Source: Caulobacterales bacterium (GTDB taxonomy: Bacteria; Pseudomonadota; Alphaproteobacteria; Caulobacterales; Caulobacteraceae). From it: 46,257 bases of DNA. The notes beneath the pieces are model-generated. The model saw nothing but the letters and a program-made list of their open reading frames with translations. It searched no databases and was not told the DNA's origin. Both the position numbers and the translations under genes were made by a program. Below are positions 1 to 9,303 of this stretch, piece after piece. The DNA lies in the NCBI GenBank assembly GCA_016234625.1, contig JACRBD010000347.1:1-46257 (forward strand), read 5' to 3'. Position 1 is the stretch's first letter. The number at the start of each line of letters is the position of its first letter.

Positions 1-475
1 CAGGCGGTTCTGCAGCGCAAGCCCGGCCATGCCCTGCTGCGAGGCCTTCTTCGGTCCGCGCGCGCCCTTGCCGCCGCCGGCCGCGTTCGCCATGGCGTGC
101 CCCTCGTCGAAGACGACGACGCCGTCGAAGGACAGGGAGCGGGCGATGTAGAGCCCGAGCGCCTTCAGTTCGCGCGCGATCAGCTCCATCACCGCCACGC
201 CGCCCTTGTCGACGGCTTCCATAAAGGCGTCGCGGGTGTTGAACGGCGCCTCCGGCCCGCCCCAGAGCCCAAGCCGCGCGGCATAGGCGAGGTTCTCCGG
301 CGTCGTCGCGCCGGTCGCCGAAACGTAGAGGATCCGGGCGCCGGGTAGGCGGTTCTGCAACGCCAGGCCGGCCATGCCCTGCTGCGAGGCCTTCTTCGGC
401 CCGCGCGAGCCCTTGCCGCCGCCGGCGGCGTTGGCCATCGCGTGCGCCTCATCGAAGACGATCACACCGTCAAAG
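1..475. repeat. Diverged direct duplication within the helicase gene (1-130 vs 346-475)
   Basis: Both copies encode FDGVxVFDExHAMANAAGGGKGxRGPKKASQQGMAGLALQNRL. Offset is 345 bp (in frame), with many third-position differences. Confidence 0.9.
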
Positions 476-2205
476 TCAGCGCCCAGCCAGCTGACGATCT
501 GATCGAGCCGGGACGGGCGATCTCCCCGGGCCGGCTGACGCAAGGTCGCGTAGGTCGTGAAGAGGATGCCGCGATCCAAGCGGATGGCGTCGGCCTGCTT
601 CCAGGCGCTCTGCGGGGTGATGTCGGAGCCCGCGCCGCCGATGGCGTTCCAATCGCGCCGGGCGTCCTCAAGCAGGGCGTCGTTCCGCGAGAACCACACG
701 GCCCGTACCCGGCCCTGGGCCATGTTGTCGGCGATGACCCCGGCGATCTGACGGCCCTTACCGCAACCGGTGCCGTCCCCGAGGAAGAAGCCGCGCCGAA
801 ACTGCACCGCGCCCTGCGTGCCGTCCGCCGCCAGATGGACCAGGTGGGCGGCCTCCCCCAGCACCCACGCGCCCGGCAGGCTGCTTGCATGGGCTTCGCC
901 GGCATAGATGATGGTCTCCATCTGGGCGTCGGAGACCAGGCCCTGCTCGACGGTCCCGGCCGGCAACAGCGGGCGGTAGCTCGGGGCGGGCGGTGAGACC
1001 GAGGCCATCGGCCCGGATTCCACGAGCGGGGAGGGGTGCGGCCGCGCCTGCGCCAGGTCGATCCGTCCGAGCGCGTAGGCCTGGTAGAGGCCGACATCGT
1101 GCCCTTCCCCGGACCAGTCCTTCACCGCGTAGGCGACCGGCGCCGTCGTCGTCAGGAACCCCAGCCGTGACGAGGGCGTCGCCAGCGCCCGGGCCCGCGG
1201 GGTCAGGAAGGCGACGTTGGAGACGGCTCGGAACTGGCGAGGCTGAGCCGTGGGGCGAGCAGCGACCCCCGCCGCCAGACGGGCGGCGTCGGCCAGGGTC
1301 TCGCAAGCCTGAACCGGGCAGGGGGCGGGGACGCTCCCTTCGGCGCGGTCGATCACCAGAAGCCCGGTCTCGACCGAGGTTCCGTGCTTGGCGTAGGCCC
1401 GTTGCGGGAACACGAGCATCGCGATGAGGCGGCCGCGGCGGCCCAGAGCCTGCATCGCGCCGGCGTCCTCGAAGAGCCGGGTCGGCACGATCGCCGACAG
1501 CCTGCCGCCTTCGGCCAGGCAATCGAGCGCGGCGTGCAGATGGCCCTCCAGATGCTGAAACGGCGGGTTGGCGATGACGGCGTGGAAGCTGCCGGAACCC
1601 GGCAGGATGTCCTTCAGCAGGACCGCGTCGTGGCGCGTGCGCGAGGCTCCCGGAAACAGCCCGTCGAGGATCTCGGCCCGACCTGGGGCCAGTTCGTTGA
1701 GGTCGAGCACCGCGCCGCACGCCTCGGCGACAATCGCGAGAAGGCCCGTGCCGGCCGAAGGCTCTAGCACCCGGTCGCCGGGGCGGATCTGGGCGGCGGC
1801 CACGGCCAGGGCGCTAAGCTCCGGCGGCGTGGAGAACTGGTCGAGCGCCACCTGCTCTTCGCTGCGCCGCGTGTGGGTCAGGGTCAGCTCGGTGACGCTG
1901 GCCAGCAGGGCGACGATTTCGGCGGGCGCGTCCTCGAGCCGGCTGATCTGCGGCGCTAGGCGGCGCAGCTGCAACACCACGGCGGCTTCCATGGCGTCGT
2001 AGGCATCGCGCCAGCACCAGGCGCCGTCGGCGTCCGAGCCGCCAAAGGACATGGTCATCACCCCTGCCACCAGCTTTCGGTCGAGAGCCCGCGAGCGGTT
2101 GAGATGGGGAACCATGGCCCGCGCGACGGCCAGGATGTTGGCGGCCTTGTCAGCGGCGGAACCAGAAACCTGCGTCTGAGCGAAGAGCGGAAGGAAGGCG
2201 TTCAT
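1..2205 (-). CDS. Methyltransferase + strawberry-notch-like (AAA_34) helicase fusion, 5' part only; runs off the left edge
   Basis: Read by hand from ATG at 2205 (MNAFLPLFAQ...), open to position 1. Motifs: DQFSTPP, VLEPSAGTG and NPPF (N6-MTase); GFFLGDGTGCGKGRQ (Walker A), FDEAHAMANAAG and YVSATGA (strawberry notch). Absent from the ORF track because there is no stop in the window. Confidence 0.9.
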   Translation of the reverse strand, partial: MNAFLPLFAQTQVSGSAADKAANILAVARAMVPHLNRSRALDRKLVAGVMTMSFGGSDADGAWCWRDAYDAMEAAVVLQLRRLAPQISRLEDAPAEIVALLASVTELTLTHTRRSEEQVALDQFSTPPELSALAVAAAQIRPGDRVLEPSAGTGLLAIVAEACGAVLDLNELAPGRAEILDGLFPGASRTRHDAVLLKDILPGSGSFHAVIANPPFQHLEGHLHAALDCLAEGGRLSAIVPTRLFEDAGAMQALGRRGRLIAMLVFPQRAYAKHGTSVETGLLVIDRAEGSVPAPCPVQACETLADAARLAAGVAARPTAQPRQFRAVSNVAFLTPRARALATPSSRLGFLTTTAPVAYAVKDWSGEGHDVGLYQAYALGRIDLAQARPHPSPLVESGPMASVSPPAPSYRPLLPAGTVEQGLVSDAQMETIIYAGEAHASSLPGAWVLGEAAHLVHLAADGTQGAVQFRRGFFLGDGTGCGKGRQIAGVIADNMAQGRVRAVWFSRNDALLEDARRDWNAIGGAGSDITPQSAWKQADAIRLDRGILFTTYATLRQPARGDRPSRLDQIVSWLGADFDGVIVFDEAHAMANAAGGGKGSRGPKKASQQGMAGLALQNRLPGARILYVSATGATTPENLAYAARLGLWGGPEAPFNTRDAFMEAVDKGGVAVMELIARELKALGLYIARSLSFDGVVVFDEGHAMANAAGGGKGARGPKKASQQGMAGLALQNRL

Positions 2206-2275
2206 GGGGAAGCGTCCAGATCACCTGCGGCGGAGGGCTCCTCCCTCCCGTCCCGTCAGGCTCACCTGACGCCTC

Positions 2276-2291
2276 CCTCCCTCCATCCTTT
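2276..2291 (-). promoter_or_regulatory. Conserved purine-rich upstream motif, copy 1 (AAAGGATGGAGGGAGG)
   Basis: About 70 nt upstream of the helicase start. Matches the copies at 5225-5240 and 15620-15635. Confidence 0.6.
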
Positions 2292-2309
2292 AGCCCGGGC
2301 AGTTGATCG

Positions 2310-2735
2310 TCAGCGAAGGGTCCGGCCCAACGCTCCCGCCTGAGCGCATTCGAGCACTCTCAAGCGAATTTTCTCGTAAAGCTTCGACGGCAGATGCCCG
2401 TAGGCGATCTCGCCGCCGGGGTCGGGGGCGAGATCGAAACCCGGCCAGGCAAACTCGTTGACCTCATCAACAATCACCCAGGACTTCGCATCATCGAGGC
2501 CCAGATGCCGCTTCACGTGGGGTGGAAGTTCCACAGCTTGCGTGTCCGCGTCGGGCTCAGAGTGGGTGATCGGCGCGATAAGGACCATGGTCAGGCCATC
2601 GCTCGCGCGGCGATGCGACAGGACGATCGCGCAGGGCCTGGGATAGCGAGCGTTGTCGCGCCCCAGGTCGTGTTCCCGTTTCCAGAGGTAGTTGAAGCGA
2701 ATGACGAGGCCTTCTTCCGGATCAGGAATAGCCAC
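2310..2735 (-). CDS. PemK/MazF-like toxin (putative endoribonuclease)
   Basis: 141 aa with YLW...RPCAIV...VLIAPITHSEP...LGLDDAKSWVIVDEVN, resembling PemK-like toxins. Lies directly downstream of an antitoxin. Confidence 0.7.
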   Translation of the reverse strand: MAIPDPEEGLVIRFNYLWKREHDLGRDNARYPRPCAIVLSHRRASDGLTMVLIAPITHSEPDADTQAVELPPHVKRHLGLDDAKSWVIVDEVNEFAWPGFDLAPDPGGEIAYGHLPSKLYEKIRLRVLECAQAGALGRTLR

Positions 2736-2741
2736 GCAATC

Positions 2742-3008
2742 CTACTCGTCCATCAGGTCATTGAGATGGTCGTGTCGAGGATCCATCCGCGCCTCGCCCA
2801 GGGCTTGAATTGTTTCGGCGGGCAGTTCGTGAGTCCAGAAAGCCCGGGTCGCCAAGCTCTTGAGCCGCATGTATTCATCGTAGTCGTGCTTGGACATCAG
2901 CACTTCGGTGACACGGCTATGATGGGTCACCGCGACTGGCTCACGTTGGGCGGCTTGGCGGTATTGTGAAAAGCGCTTGGCGACCTCAGTCGCGGGAACC
3001 TCAAGCAT
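2742..3008 (-). CDS. Phd/YefM family antitoxin
   Basis: MLEVPATEVAKRFSQYRQAAQREPVAVTHHSRVTEVLMSKHDY is a Phd-fold N-terminus. GGAGG RBS precedes ATG 3008. Confidence 0.85.
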   Translation of the reverse strand: MLEVPATEVAKRFSQYRQAAQREPVAVTHHSRVTEVLMSKHDYDEYMRLKSLATRAFWTHELPAETIQALGEARMDPRHDHLNDLMDE

Positions 3009-3026
3009 AGCGGCCTCCTGAGCCCA

Positions 3027-3055
3027 TAAAATGCGGATTTCCCGCACTATTGCAA
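3027..3055 (-). promoter_or_regulatory. Putative TA promoter with palindromic operator
   Basis: TTGCAA -35-like hexamer at 3055-3050, with an inverted repeat TGCGG-N5-CCGCA (3032-3046) in the spacer. Confidence 0.45.
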
Positions 3056-3111
3056 GCCTAAACATCGAACACGAGCGCTTCTGCCCATGCGCGTGTTGCA
3101 GCCCAGACAGC

Positions 3112-3146
3112 GAAAAGCCCCGCCGGCTGGCGCCGACGGGGCTCTC
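3112..3146 (-). terminator. Rho-independent terminator after parB
   Basis: Minus strand reads AGCCCCGTCGGC-loop-GCCGGCGGGGCT followed by TTT. Confidence 0.65.
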
Positions 3147-3171
3147 TGGTTCAGGGCCGATGCTCCGCCGA

Positions 3172-5172
3172 TCAGGCCGCCAGTTGTCCCTCCGAGGGCT
3201 GGGTCGTTTCCGGCGCCTCGGAGGGCTCTTCGTCAGCCACCGGCTCCTCGACCTCGTCCTCCAGGGAAGCGTGGCTCTCCCAAGACAGGGCCGAGGGCGC
3301 CCATTGCCGTTCCGCGGCGGCCTGGGCCACGAAGCAGACCAGCTCGTCCTTCTTCAGGGTGCGCGCCCGATCGTCCGAGGCGTCCATCTCCTCAAGCAAA
3401 GCCATCAGCTGCTTCTTGGAGTGAACCGCCAGATAGCCTGCGTCCGGCGTCCAGTGGCTGGCGATGTCGGACCCGCAGAGTTCGGCGATCTCGGCCGCCT
3501 CCGCGCGGGCGGCGTGACGGATCGAGCTGGTGCGCGCTTCGCGGACATCGAGCGAGATGGCCACCAGCTCGGCCAGCAGCGCCATCTTCTCCCCGTGCGC
3601 CAGGCCCTCGATCCAGGCGATCGGCCGAAGGCCGGAGGTCTTGTAGGCCTCGCGACGCGCCTCAAGTCTGGCCCGCACCTCACCGTCGAGCGCCGGAATG
3701 GCCGGGGTTTGGCCACGGCGATAGCCGCTCGCCGAGACCGTCACCGCCGACGCTTCCGCCGAAGCCCCGCCGTGCAGCGCCAGATGCTTGAAGAGCTGGG
3801 CCAGGAGGGCGGTCAGCGCGACGCTGGGGTTGTCGGCCAGGTCGCGGATCAGGCCCCGCGTTGCGACATCGGTGCGGGTCTCATGGAAGACGTGACTGGC
3901 GCCTTCCACATCGACGTCGGCCTTGGGAAACTCAACGTCGGGCTGGCTGCGCCTATAGCGCCCGTCGAGACCCCCGCCTTCGCCGGTCTCGGCCTCCTCG
4001 TCGGGGTCGTCCTGGGCGATCACCGGGTTGGAGAAGAAGCTGGCGACGACGCCGACCTCGGCATCCGGAGACAGGATCACGGCCCCGATCGTACCGCCTT
4101 CGAGCGAGGCGGAGGCGAGCTGCCGGTCTGCTTGCAGCAAAGCCAACAGGCCCGGGTTCTCGTCAGCGGCCAGATCCGCGCCCGCCAGGGCTTCGTGCGC
4201 CTCCCTGACAACCTGCTGGGCTTCTTTGTAGGCCGCTCGGGCGGTCTCGCTCATCCCCGCGACGTGGACGTAGGGCAGGTTGAAGAAGCCGTCGGGCGCG
4301 CGGTAGCCGCGGCTCTGGCCGATGAACACGAACAGCCCTTCGGCCTGCAACGCGGTCACCAGCGGCTCTGTGCGCTGGCGCCACAGCTCGGTCAGCATAT
4401 CGGGGTCCAACAGAACGTCGGGAAGCTCGCCGAACAGGTCGGATTCGACCCGCCCGCCGATGGCCGCGTAGCGCTGCGGGCCCACCAGGGCGAAGCGCGG
4501 ATCGTTGATGTCGGTGCGGCCCCGCTCGACGCGAGCGGCAAGCTGATAGTCCTGCAGATAGCCATCGAGGGCGGTCTGGGCGATATCGGCCTGCTCGTCC
4601 GCATCGGTGATCCGGGCCAGCTGACGGGCCTGCTTCAGGGTGATCTTCCCCAGACGCAGGGCCTTCAGCGCCTTGGCGTGCAGCCCGGCCAGGGCCGCCA
4701 GACGCTTGATCTCCAGTTCGTCATAGCCGAGCGCGCCGGCGATGGCCGCGGTGTCCATCTTCGACTTGCGCAGCTTGCCGATGGCGACAATCACGTCGGC
4801 GATGTGAACGGGCGTGCGCTCAGCGGCGGTGAGGATGGTGGCCGCGGCCTGGCCTTCGCGGGTGGAGAACACCTCGCACTTCACCGGCCAGTCCTGCTCG
4901 ATCCGGCCGGCGTCCAGGAGCTTGCGGAGCGCGAGCAGCCGGCGGCGGCCGTCCAGCACCATGAAAGGCCGCTCCTTCTTGGCCCCGGGTCGCACGCACA
5001 GGGGCACGACAACATCAGCCTTGAAGATGGTTTCGGCCAACCGATCAATCTCGTCGTCGGCCGGCTCCTTGGCGCGAAGGTTTTCCGGCGCGATCTCAAG
5101 ATCGCACAGGGGCACGAACTGGGTGTTGGGAACGCCAGCGGGGGTTTCAGCAGCGGGGGTCAAGGGGATCAT
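3172..5172 (-). CDS. Long ParB/RepB/Spo0J-family protein of conjugative elements
   Basis: 666 aa. N-terminal ParB domain (ENLR...[11 protein letters not shown]), HTH region, C-terminal LKKDELV...WAP tail typical of ICE/plasmid ParB-like proteins. Confidence 0.85.
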   Translation of the reverse strand: MIPLTPAAETPAGVPNTQFVPLCDLEIAPENLRAKEPADDEIDRLAETIFKADVVVPLCVRPGAKKERPFMVLDGRRRLLALRKLLDAGRIEQDWPVKCEVFSTREGQAAATILTAAERTPVHIADVIVAIGKLRKSKMDTAAIAGALGYDELEIKRLAALAGLHAKALKALRLGKITLKQARQLARITDADEQADIAQTALDGYLQDYQLAARVERGRTDINDPRFALVGPQRYAAIGGRVESDLFGELPDVLLDPDMLTELWRQRTEPLVTALQAEGLFVFIGQSRGYRAPDGFFNLPYVHVAGMSETARAAYKEAQQVVREAHEALAGADLAADENPGLLALLQADRQLASASLEGGTIGAVILSPDAEVGVVASFFSNPVIAQDDPDEEAETGEGGGLDGRYRRSQPDVEFPKADVDVEGASHVFHETRTDVATRGLIRDLADNPSVALTALLAQLFKHLALHGGASAEASAVTVSASGYRRGQTPAIPALDGEVRARLEARREAYKTSGLRPIAWIEGLAHGEKMALLAELVAISLDVREARTSSIRHAARAEAAEIAELCGSDIASHWTPDAGYLAVHSKKQLMALLEEMDASDDRARTLKKDELVCFVAQAAAERQWAPSALSWESHASLEDEVEEPVADEEPSEAPETTQPSEGQLAA

Positions 5173-5224
5173 CTCCGGCGTCAGAGGCGAGGGTCATCCT
5201 GCCCCTTGGCGCACCCCCTCCAGC

Positions 5225-5240
5225 CCTCCCTCTCTCCTTT
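5225..5240 (-). promoter_or_regulatory. Conserved purine-rich upstream motif, copy 2 (AAAGGAGAGAGGGAGG)
   Basis: About 50 nt upstream of the parB start. Confidence 0.6.
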
Positions 5241-5520
5241 CAGCGGACGGTTCACAGCCACACATCCGGGCCGTCGGAGCCCTGGCCCATGCGGCGCCAG
5301 CGTCTACGTCTGGATCGTACCGACGGGGCCTGGCGGACAGATTTGAGTGGGGAGCGGTATCGGGGCCACGCAATCGTTCGCATCCGAAGTGCGCCATGGG
5401 ACTAAGCCGCTCGCGCGGCATGGGTGATCGGTGCTGGCGCCGTAGATGAGTCTGAAGTGGCGGTTGCTGGGCCGTCCTGTCTGAAGATCAGGGATCAACC
5501 CTTCAGACAGGAGATCCCTC

Positions 5521-6377
5521 ATGAGCACTGCACCGACAACCCCGCTGCGTCAGCGGATGATTGAAGACATGACCATCCGCCAGTTCGGCGAGAGACCCAG
5601 CGCGACTATGTGCGCGTGGTCGCCGACTTCGCCCGGTTTCTGGGCCATCCGCCCGACCAGGCAACGCCAGAGGACCTGAGACGATACCAGCTGCACCTGG
5701 CGTCAGAGGGCGCGTCGCCGGCCAAGATGAACGCCGCGGTCTCGGCCCTTCGGTTCTTCTTCAAGATCACGTTGGCGCGGCAAGGCTACGGCGAGCGCCT
5801 GGCCACGGTGCGCAAGGAGGACCGGCTGCCGGAGGTGCTGAGCCCTGACGAGGTTGCGTTGCTGCTGCACTGCGCCCCCAGCCTCAAGCACAAGGCTGCT
5901 CTCAGCGTCGCCTATGGCGGTGGCCTTCGGGTCTCTGAGATCACCCACCTGAAGGTCGGCGACATCGACAGCGCCCGCATGCTGATCCGCGTCGAACAGG
6001 GCAAGGGCCGCAAGGACCGCTATGTGATGCTCTCGCCGGACCTGCTGGTCCTGCTGCGCGACTGGTGGCGATCGGCCAGACCCATGGGCTGGCTGTTCCC
6101 GGGGCGAGATCCGGGCCAGCCGATCACCGCCCGCCAGCTCGACCGGGCTTGCAAAGCTGCGGCGGCGACGGCGGCCCTGGGAAAGTGGATGTCGATGCAC
6201 ACCCTGCGTCACTCGTTCGCCACCCACCTCCTGGAGCGCAAAACGGACGTGCGGGTGATCCAGGCGCTGCTGGGTCACAAGAAGCTGGACACCACCGCTC
6301 GCTACACCCGCGTGGCGATCAAGACGCCTGGGTCGGTCGAGAGTCCGCTCTCGCATCTCCGACCGCCAGCAGTCTGA
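5521..6377 (+). pseudogene. Tyrosine recombinase/integrase, frameshifted near 5590
   Basis: MSTAPTTPLRQRMIEDMTIRQFGE then shifts frame to TQRDYVRVV. Catalytic motifs present: GLRVSE, HTLRHSFATHLLE, LLGH, TARY. Confidence 0.85.
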
Positions 6378-6386
6378 GATCGCGCC

Positions 6387-7610
6387 ATGTCGCGGCCATC
6401 CCTGGAGGTGGCCGACATCTTCCGAGCCCATGCCCCGGCCTATCGCCGTGACCATGCCCGACGCCTGAGCCTTGGCCAGCTCAAGGCAATGTCGGCCATC
6501 GAAGCTTGTCGCACCACCGAGCTCGGCGGCCATGTCGCGCGCTGCGACGACTGCCAGCGCCTGGCGGTGAGCTACAACTCCTGCCGCAACCGCCACTGCC
6601 CCAAGTGCCAGGGCTCTGCGGCCAGGATCTGGCTGGCCAAGCGACAGGCCGATCTGCTGCCCGCGCCCTACTTCCACGTCGTCTTCACCCTGCCGGCCCC
6701 GATCGCCGCCATCGCCTTCCACAACAAGGCCGTGGTCTACGACCTGCTGTTCAAGGCCGCCGCCGAGACCCTGCAGACCATCGCCGCCGATCCCAGGCGC
6801 CTGGGCGCGCGGCTTGGCCTGATCGCGGTGCTGCACACATGGGGCTCGGCGCTGACCCATCACCCCCAACTCCACTGCATCGTGCCGGGTGGCGGGCTCT
6901 CACCGGACGGCCAGCGCTGGATCGCCTGTCGGAAGGGCTTCTTCCTGCCCGTGCGGGTGCTGTCACGGCTCTTCCGCCGGCTCTTCCTGGAGAAGCTGGC
7001 GATCCTTCACGCCCAAGGGCGCCTGCGCTTCTTCGGCGATCTGGCCCACGTGGCCGCGCCGCTGGCCGTCGCCGCCTATCTGGCGCCGCTGCGCCGCACC
7101 GAATGGGTGGTCTATGCCAAGCCGCCGTTCGGAGGACCGGCGGCCGTGCTGGCCTACCTGGCCCGCTACACCCACCGCGTCGCCATCTCCAGTAGCCGCC
7201 TGGTCGGCATGGACGACCAGACTGTCCGCTTCCGCTGGAAGGACTATCGCCGCGCCGATCCCGCCACGGGCGTGGTCAAGATGGCGACCATGGCGCTGGC
7301 GCCGGCCGAGTTTATCCGGCGCTTCGTGATGCACGTGCTGCCGTCAGGCTTCCACCGGATCCGCCACTACGGTCTGTTGGCTAAGGGGCCGAACTCGCCG
7401 CCGCTGGCGCGACTGCGCGCCTTGATCCTGGACCAGGCGCCAAAGCCCACGACTGCGCCGGTGGCGGACGCTCCGCCCGACGAGCCCGCGTCCTCGGCCA
7501 GAACCTGCCCGGGCTGCGGTTGCGCCAGCCTGCGGATCATCGAGGTGATCGGCCGGGGCGGCTCCTGGCGCGCTCGGCCACATCGGCCCGTCTGGTGCGA
7601 CAGCTCATGA
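6387..7610 (+). CDS. IS91-family (Y2/HUH) transposase
   Basis: Zinc-binding SCRNRHCPKCQ, FHVVFTLP, HUH region LHTWG...HPQLHC, YLARYTHR (Y2), GFHRIRHYG. Confidence 0.92.
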   Translation: MSRPSLEVADIFRAHAPAYRRDHARRLSLGQLKAMSAIEACRTTELGGHVARCDDCQRLAVSYNSCRNRHCPKCQGSAARIWLAKRQADLLPAPYFHVVFTLPAPIAAIAFHNKAVVYDLLFKAAAETLQTIAADPRRLGARLGLIAVLHTWGSALTHHPQLHCIVPGGGLSPDGQRWIACRKGFFLPVRVLSRLFRRLFLEKLAILHAQGRLRFFGDLAHVAAPLAVAAYLAPLRRTEWVVYAKPPFGGPAAVLAYLARYTHRVAISSSRLVGMDDQTVRFRWKDYRRADPATGVVKMATMALAPAEFIRRFVMHVLPSGFHRIRHYGLLAKGPNSPPLARLRALILDQAPKPTTAPVADAPPDEPASSARTCPGCGCASLRIIEVIGRGGSWRARPHRPVWCDSS

Positions 7611-8145
7611 AGCCAAGCCCCACGAGCACCGCGCCTCCCGCCGCCATCGCCCGTTGGCCTCGGCGCAATGCCGCTTGTGTCCAGCGTAGCAAGGAGGCGG
7701 CTACACCGTCCGGGGACAACCGATCCGGCGCCCTACGGCGTCGTTCCAGGCGCTCCGGCGACGCCGGCGACGCCGAAAACCCTCTCGCGCGAGGGCACGG
7801 CGCCCCTCTGGGGGGGCTGGCCCACCGCTATCGCCATAGGCTGACGCGTCCGGGGCGCTGACCGCGGCTTCCTCCCCTGAAGGCTTCCGGAAGCCGGCCC
7901 TCAGCGCCAGCTCACAACTCTGCGCAGGGCCGGCATCCGAAACCCTCAACACGAGCGGTCGTCAAAAAATTGTACGAACCCGGACCTTCACGCGCCGCCG
8001 GAGGTGGATGTCACTTCTCGGCCGCTCATGAGGTGGCCTGAAAAGCGCTTACCATAGCCGGTAGCGGATATTCCTGCCGCCGTGTCGCCCACCGGATCAA
8101 CCGTGGGCTTGCGACCATCGCTAAAATCCGGGGATCCGACGAGGC

Positions 8146-9303
8146 TCAACGGCTGGATTCGTATGCCGCCGCAATGATCGCAACGTCTCGAGGATCGCCG
8201 ATGAGATCAGTGCCCATGCGGTTCATTGTGTAGGCGATCGACATCCGTTGCCTGGGGTCAACGACGACAAACGAGCCGCCCCAGCCCGAGTGACCATAAG
8301 CCTGCTCTTCGGGGCCATAGAGACCGTCGGTGTTCAGCAGGAAGCCCGCCCCCCATCTCGCCGGCACGCCCAGGACTTCATCAACGCCGGCAATTCGTTC
8401 GGTCGTCGCCTCCGCCAGCGCCGTGCGGCCAATGATGCGACGACCGTCCAGCGCGCCATCGGCGGCCAGGGCGCCGAACAGCCGCGCGAGCGACCGGGCA
8501 TTGGAAAAGCCGTTGGCTGAAGGAATCTCACAAGCTCGCCATGCCGCGGTGTTCGGCAGAAGCGGCTCGACCACCGGGTTGAGGTAGGCGGCCACCTGTG
8601 ACGGGTTGAGATCGGTGGTCATGTTCGAGGTCGTAAGCTCTGGCGGCGCGATCATCTCCGCCCGCCGCGCCTCTTCGGAAACAGGCAGGCCGAGGGTCAG
8701 GTCCAGGCCGAACGGACCCGCGAGCTCCTCGGCAATGAATGTCCCGAGCGTACGTCCTTCGATGCGATGGAACAGTTCGTTCGCCAGGGTCCCGATGCTG
8801 ATGGCGTGGTACCCCGAACGCGACCCAGGCGGCCAGAACGGGGTCTGGGCCGCAAAGCGCGCCGCGGCCGACGGCTGGTCGTAGTAGTCTTCGATCACCG
8901 CCGGTTCGGCGAAGCTGCACAGTCCGGCCTGGTGCGACAACAACTGGGCGATGGTGATGTCGCCCTTGCCGCCAGCCGCGAACTCCGGCCACCAGCGGGC
9001 GACCGGGTCGGCGTATGAAGCCTGGCCCCGGTCGACCAACATGGCGAAGCAGAGGGCGTTCACCGCCTTGGTCGTGGACCAGACGTTGACCACCGCGTTT
9101 CGTGTCCAGGGACGGGTCCCCGCGGCGTCCAGACTGCCGCCCCACAGATCGACGACCAGGGCGCCGTCCCGCACGATAGCCAGCGAGGCTCCGACGTCGC
9201 CGCGCGCGCTGAAGTTTTCGGCGAACACATCGGTGACATGAGCGAAAGCAGAGTCAGCGACCCCGTGGATCGCTGTCCTCGCCAGGAGATCTTGCTCGGC
9301 CAC
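8146..9303 (-). CDS. Beta-lactamase-like serine hydrolase (family VIII esterase type)
   Basis: VVDLWGG, SxxK (WSTTK), LLSHQAGL, GYHA, GHSGWGGS. GTG start overlaps the TonB receptor stop. Confidence 0.88.
   Translation of the reverse strand: MAEQDLLARTAIHGVADSAFAHVTDVFAENFSARGDVGASLAIVRDGALVVDLWGGSLDAAGTRPWTRNAVVNVWSTTKAVNALCFAMLVDRGQASYADPVARWWPEFAAGGKGDITIAQLLSHQAGLCSFAEPAVIEDYYDQPSAAARFAAQTPFWPPGSRSGYHAISIGTLANELFHRIEGRTLGTFIAEELAGPFGLDLTLGLPVSEEARRAEMIAPPELTTSNMTTDLNPSQVAAYLNPVVEPLLPNTAAWRACEIPSANGFSNARSLARLFGALAADGALDGRRIIGRTALAEATTERIAGVDEVLGVPARWGAGFLLNTDGLYGPEEQAYGHSGWGGSFVVVDPRQRMSIAYTMNRMGTDLIGDPRDVAIIAAAYESSR

Larger units (their letters stand above)
5443..7950 (+). mobile_element. 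IS91-like (rolling-circle) element with upstream tyrosine recombinase; ends approximate
   Basis: Recombinase + Y2 transposase pair. Left hairpin CCTGTCTGAAG...CTTCAGACAGG at about 5476-5511. Right-end palindromes GGCTTCCGGAAGCC (7882-7895) and GCCGGCCCT...AGGGCCGGC, ending GAAACCCTCAAC. No terminal IRs or target duplication seen. Confidence 0.7.

Noticed and set aside
3031-5346. 771-aa plus-strand ORF
   Set aside because: Antisense shadow of parB in high-GC DNA; no recognisable motifs.
8146-9303. Antibiotic-resistance beta-lactamase
   Set aside because: Motifs (GYHA, HSG) and context fit family VIII esterase-like hydrolases; resistance cannot be claimed from the sequence.
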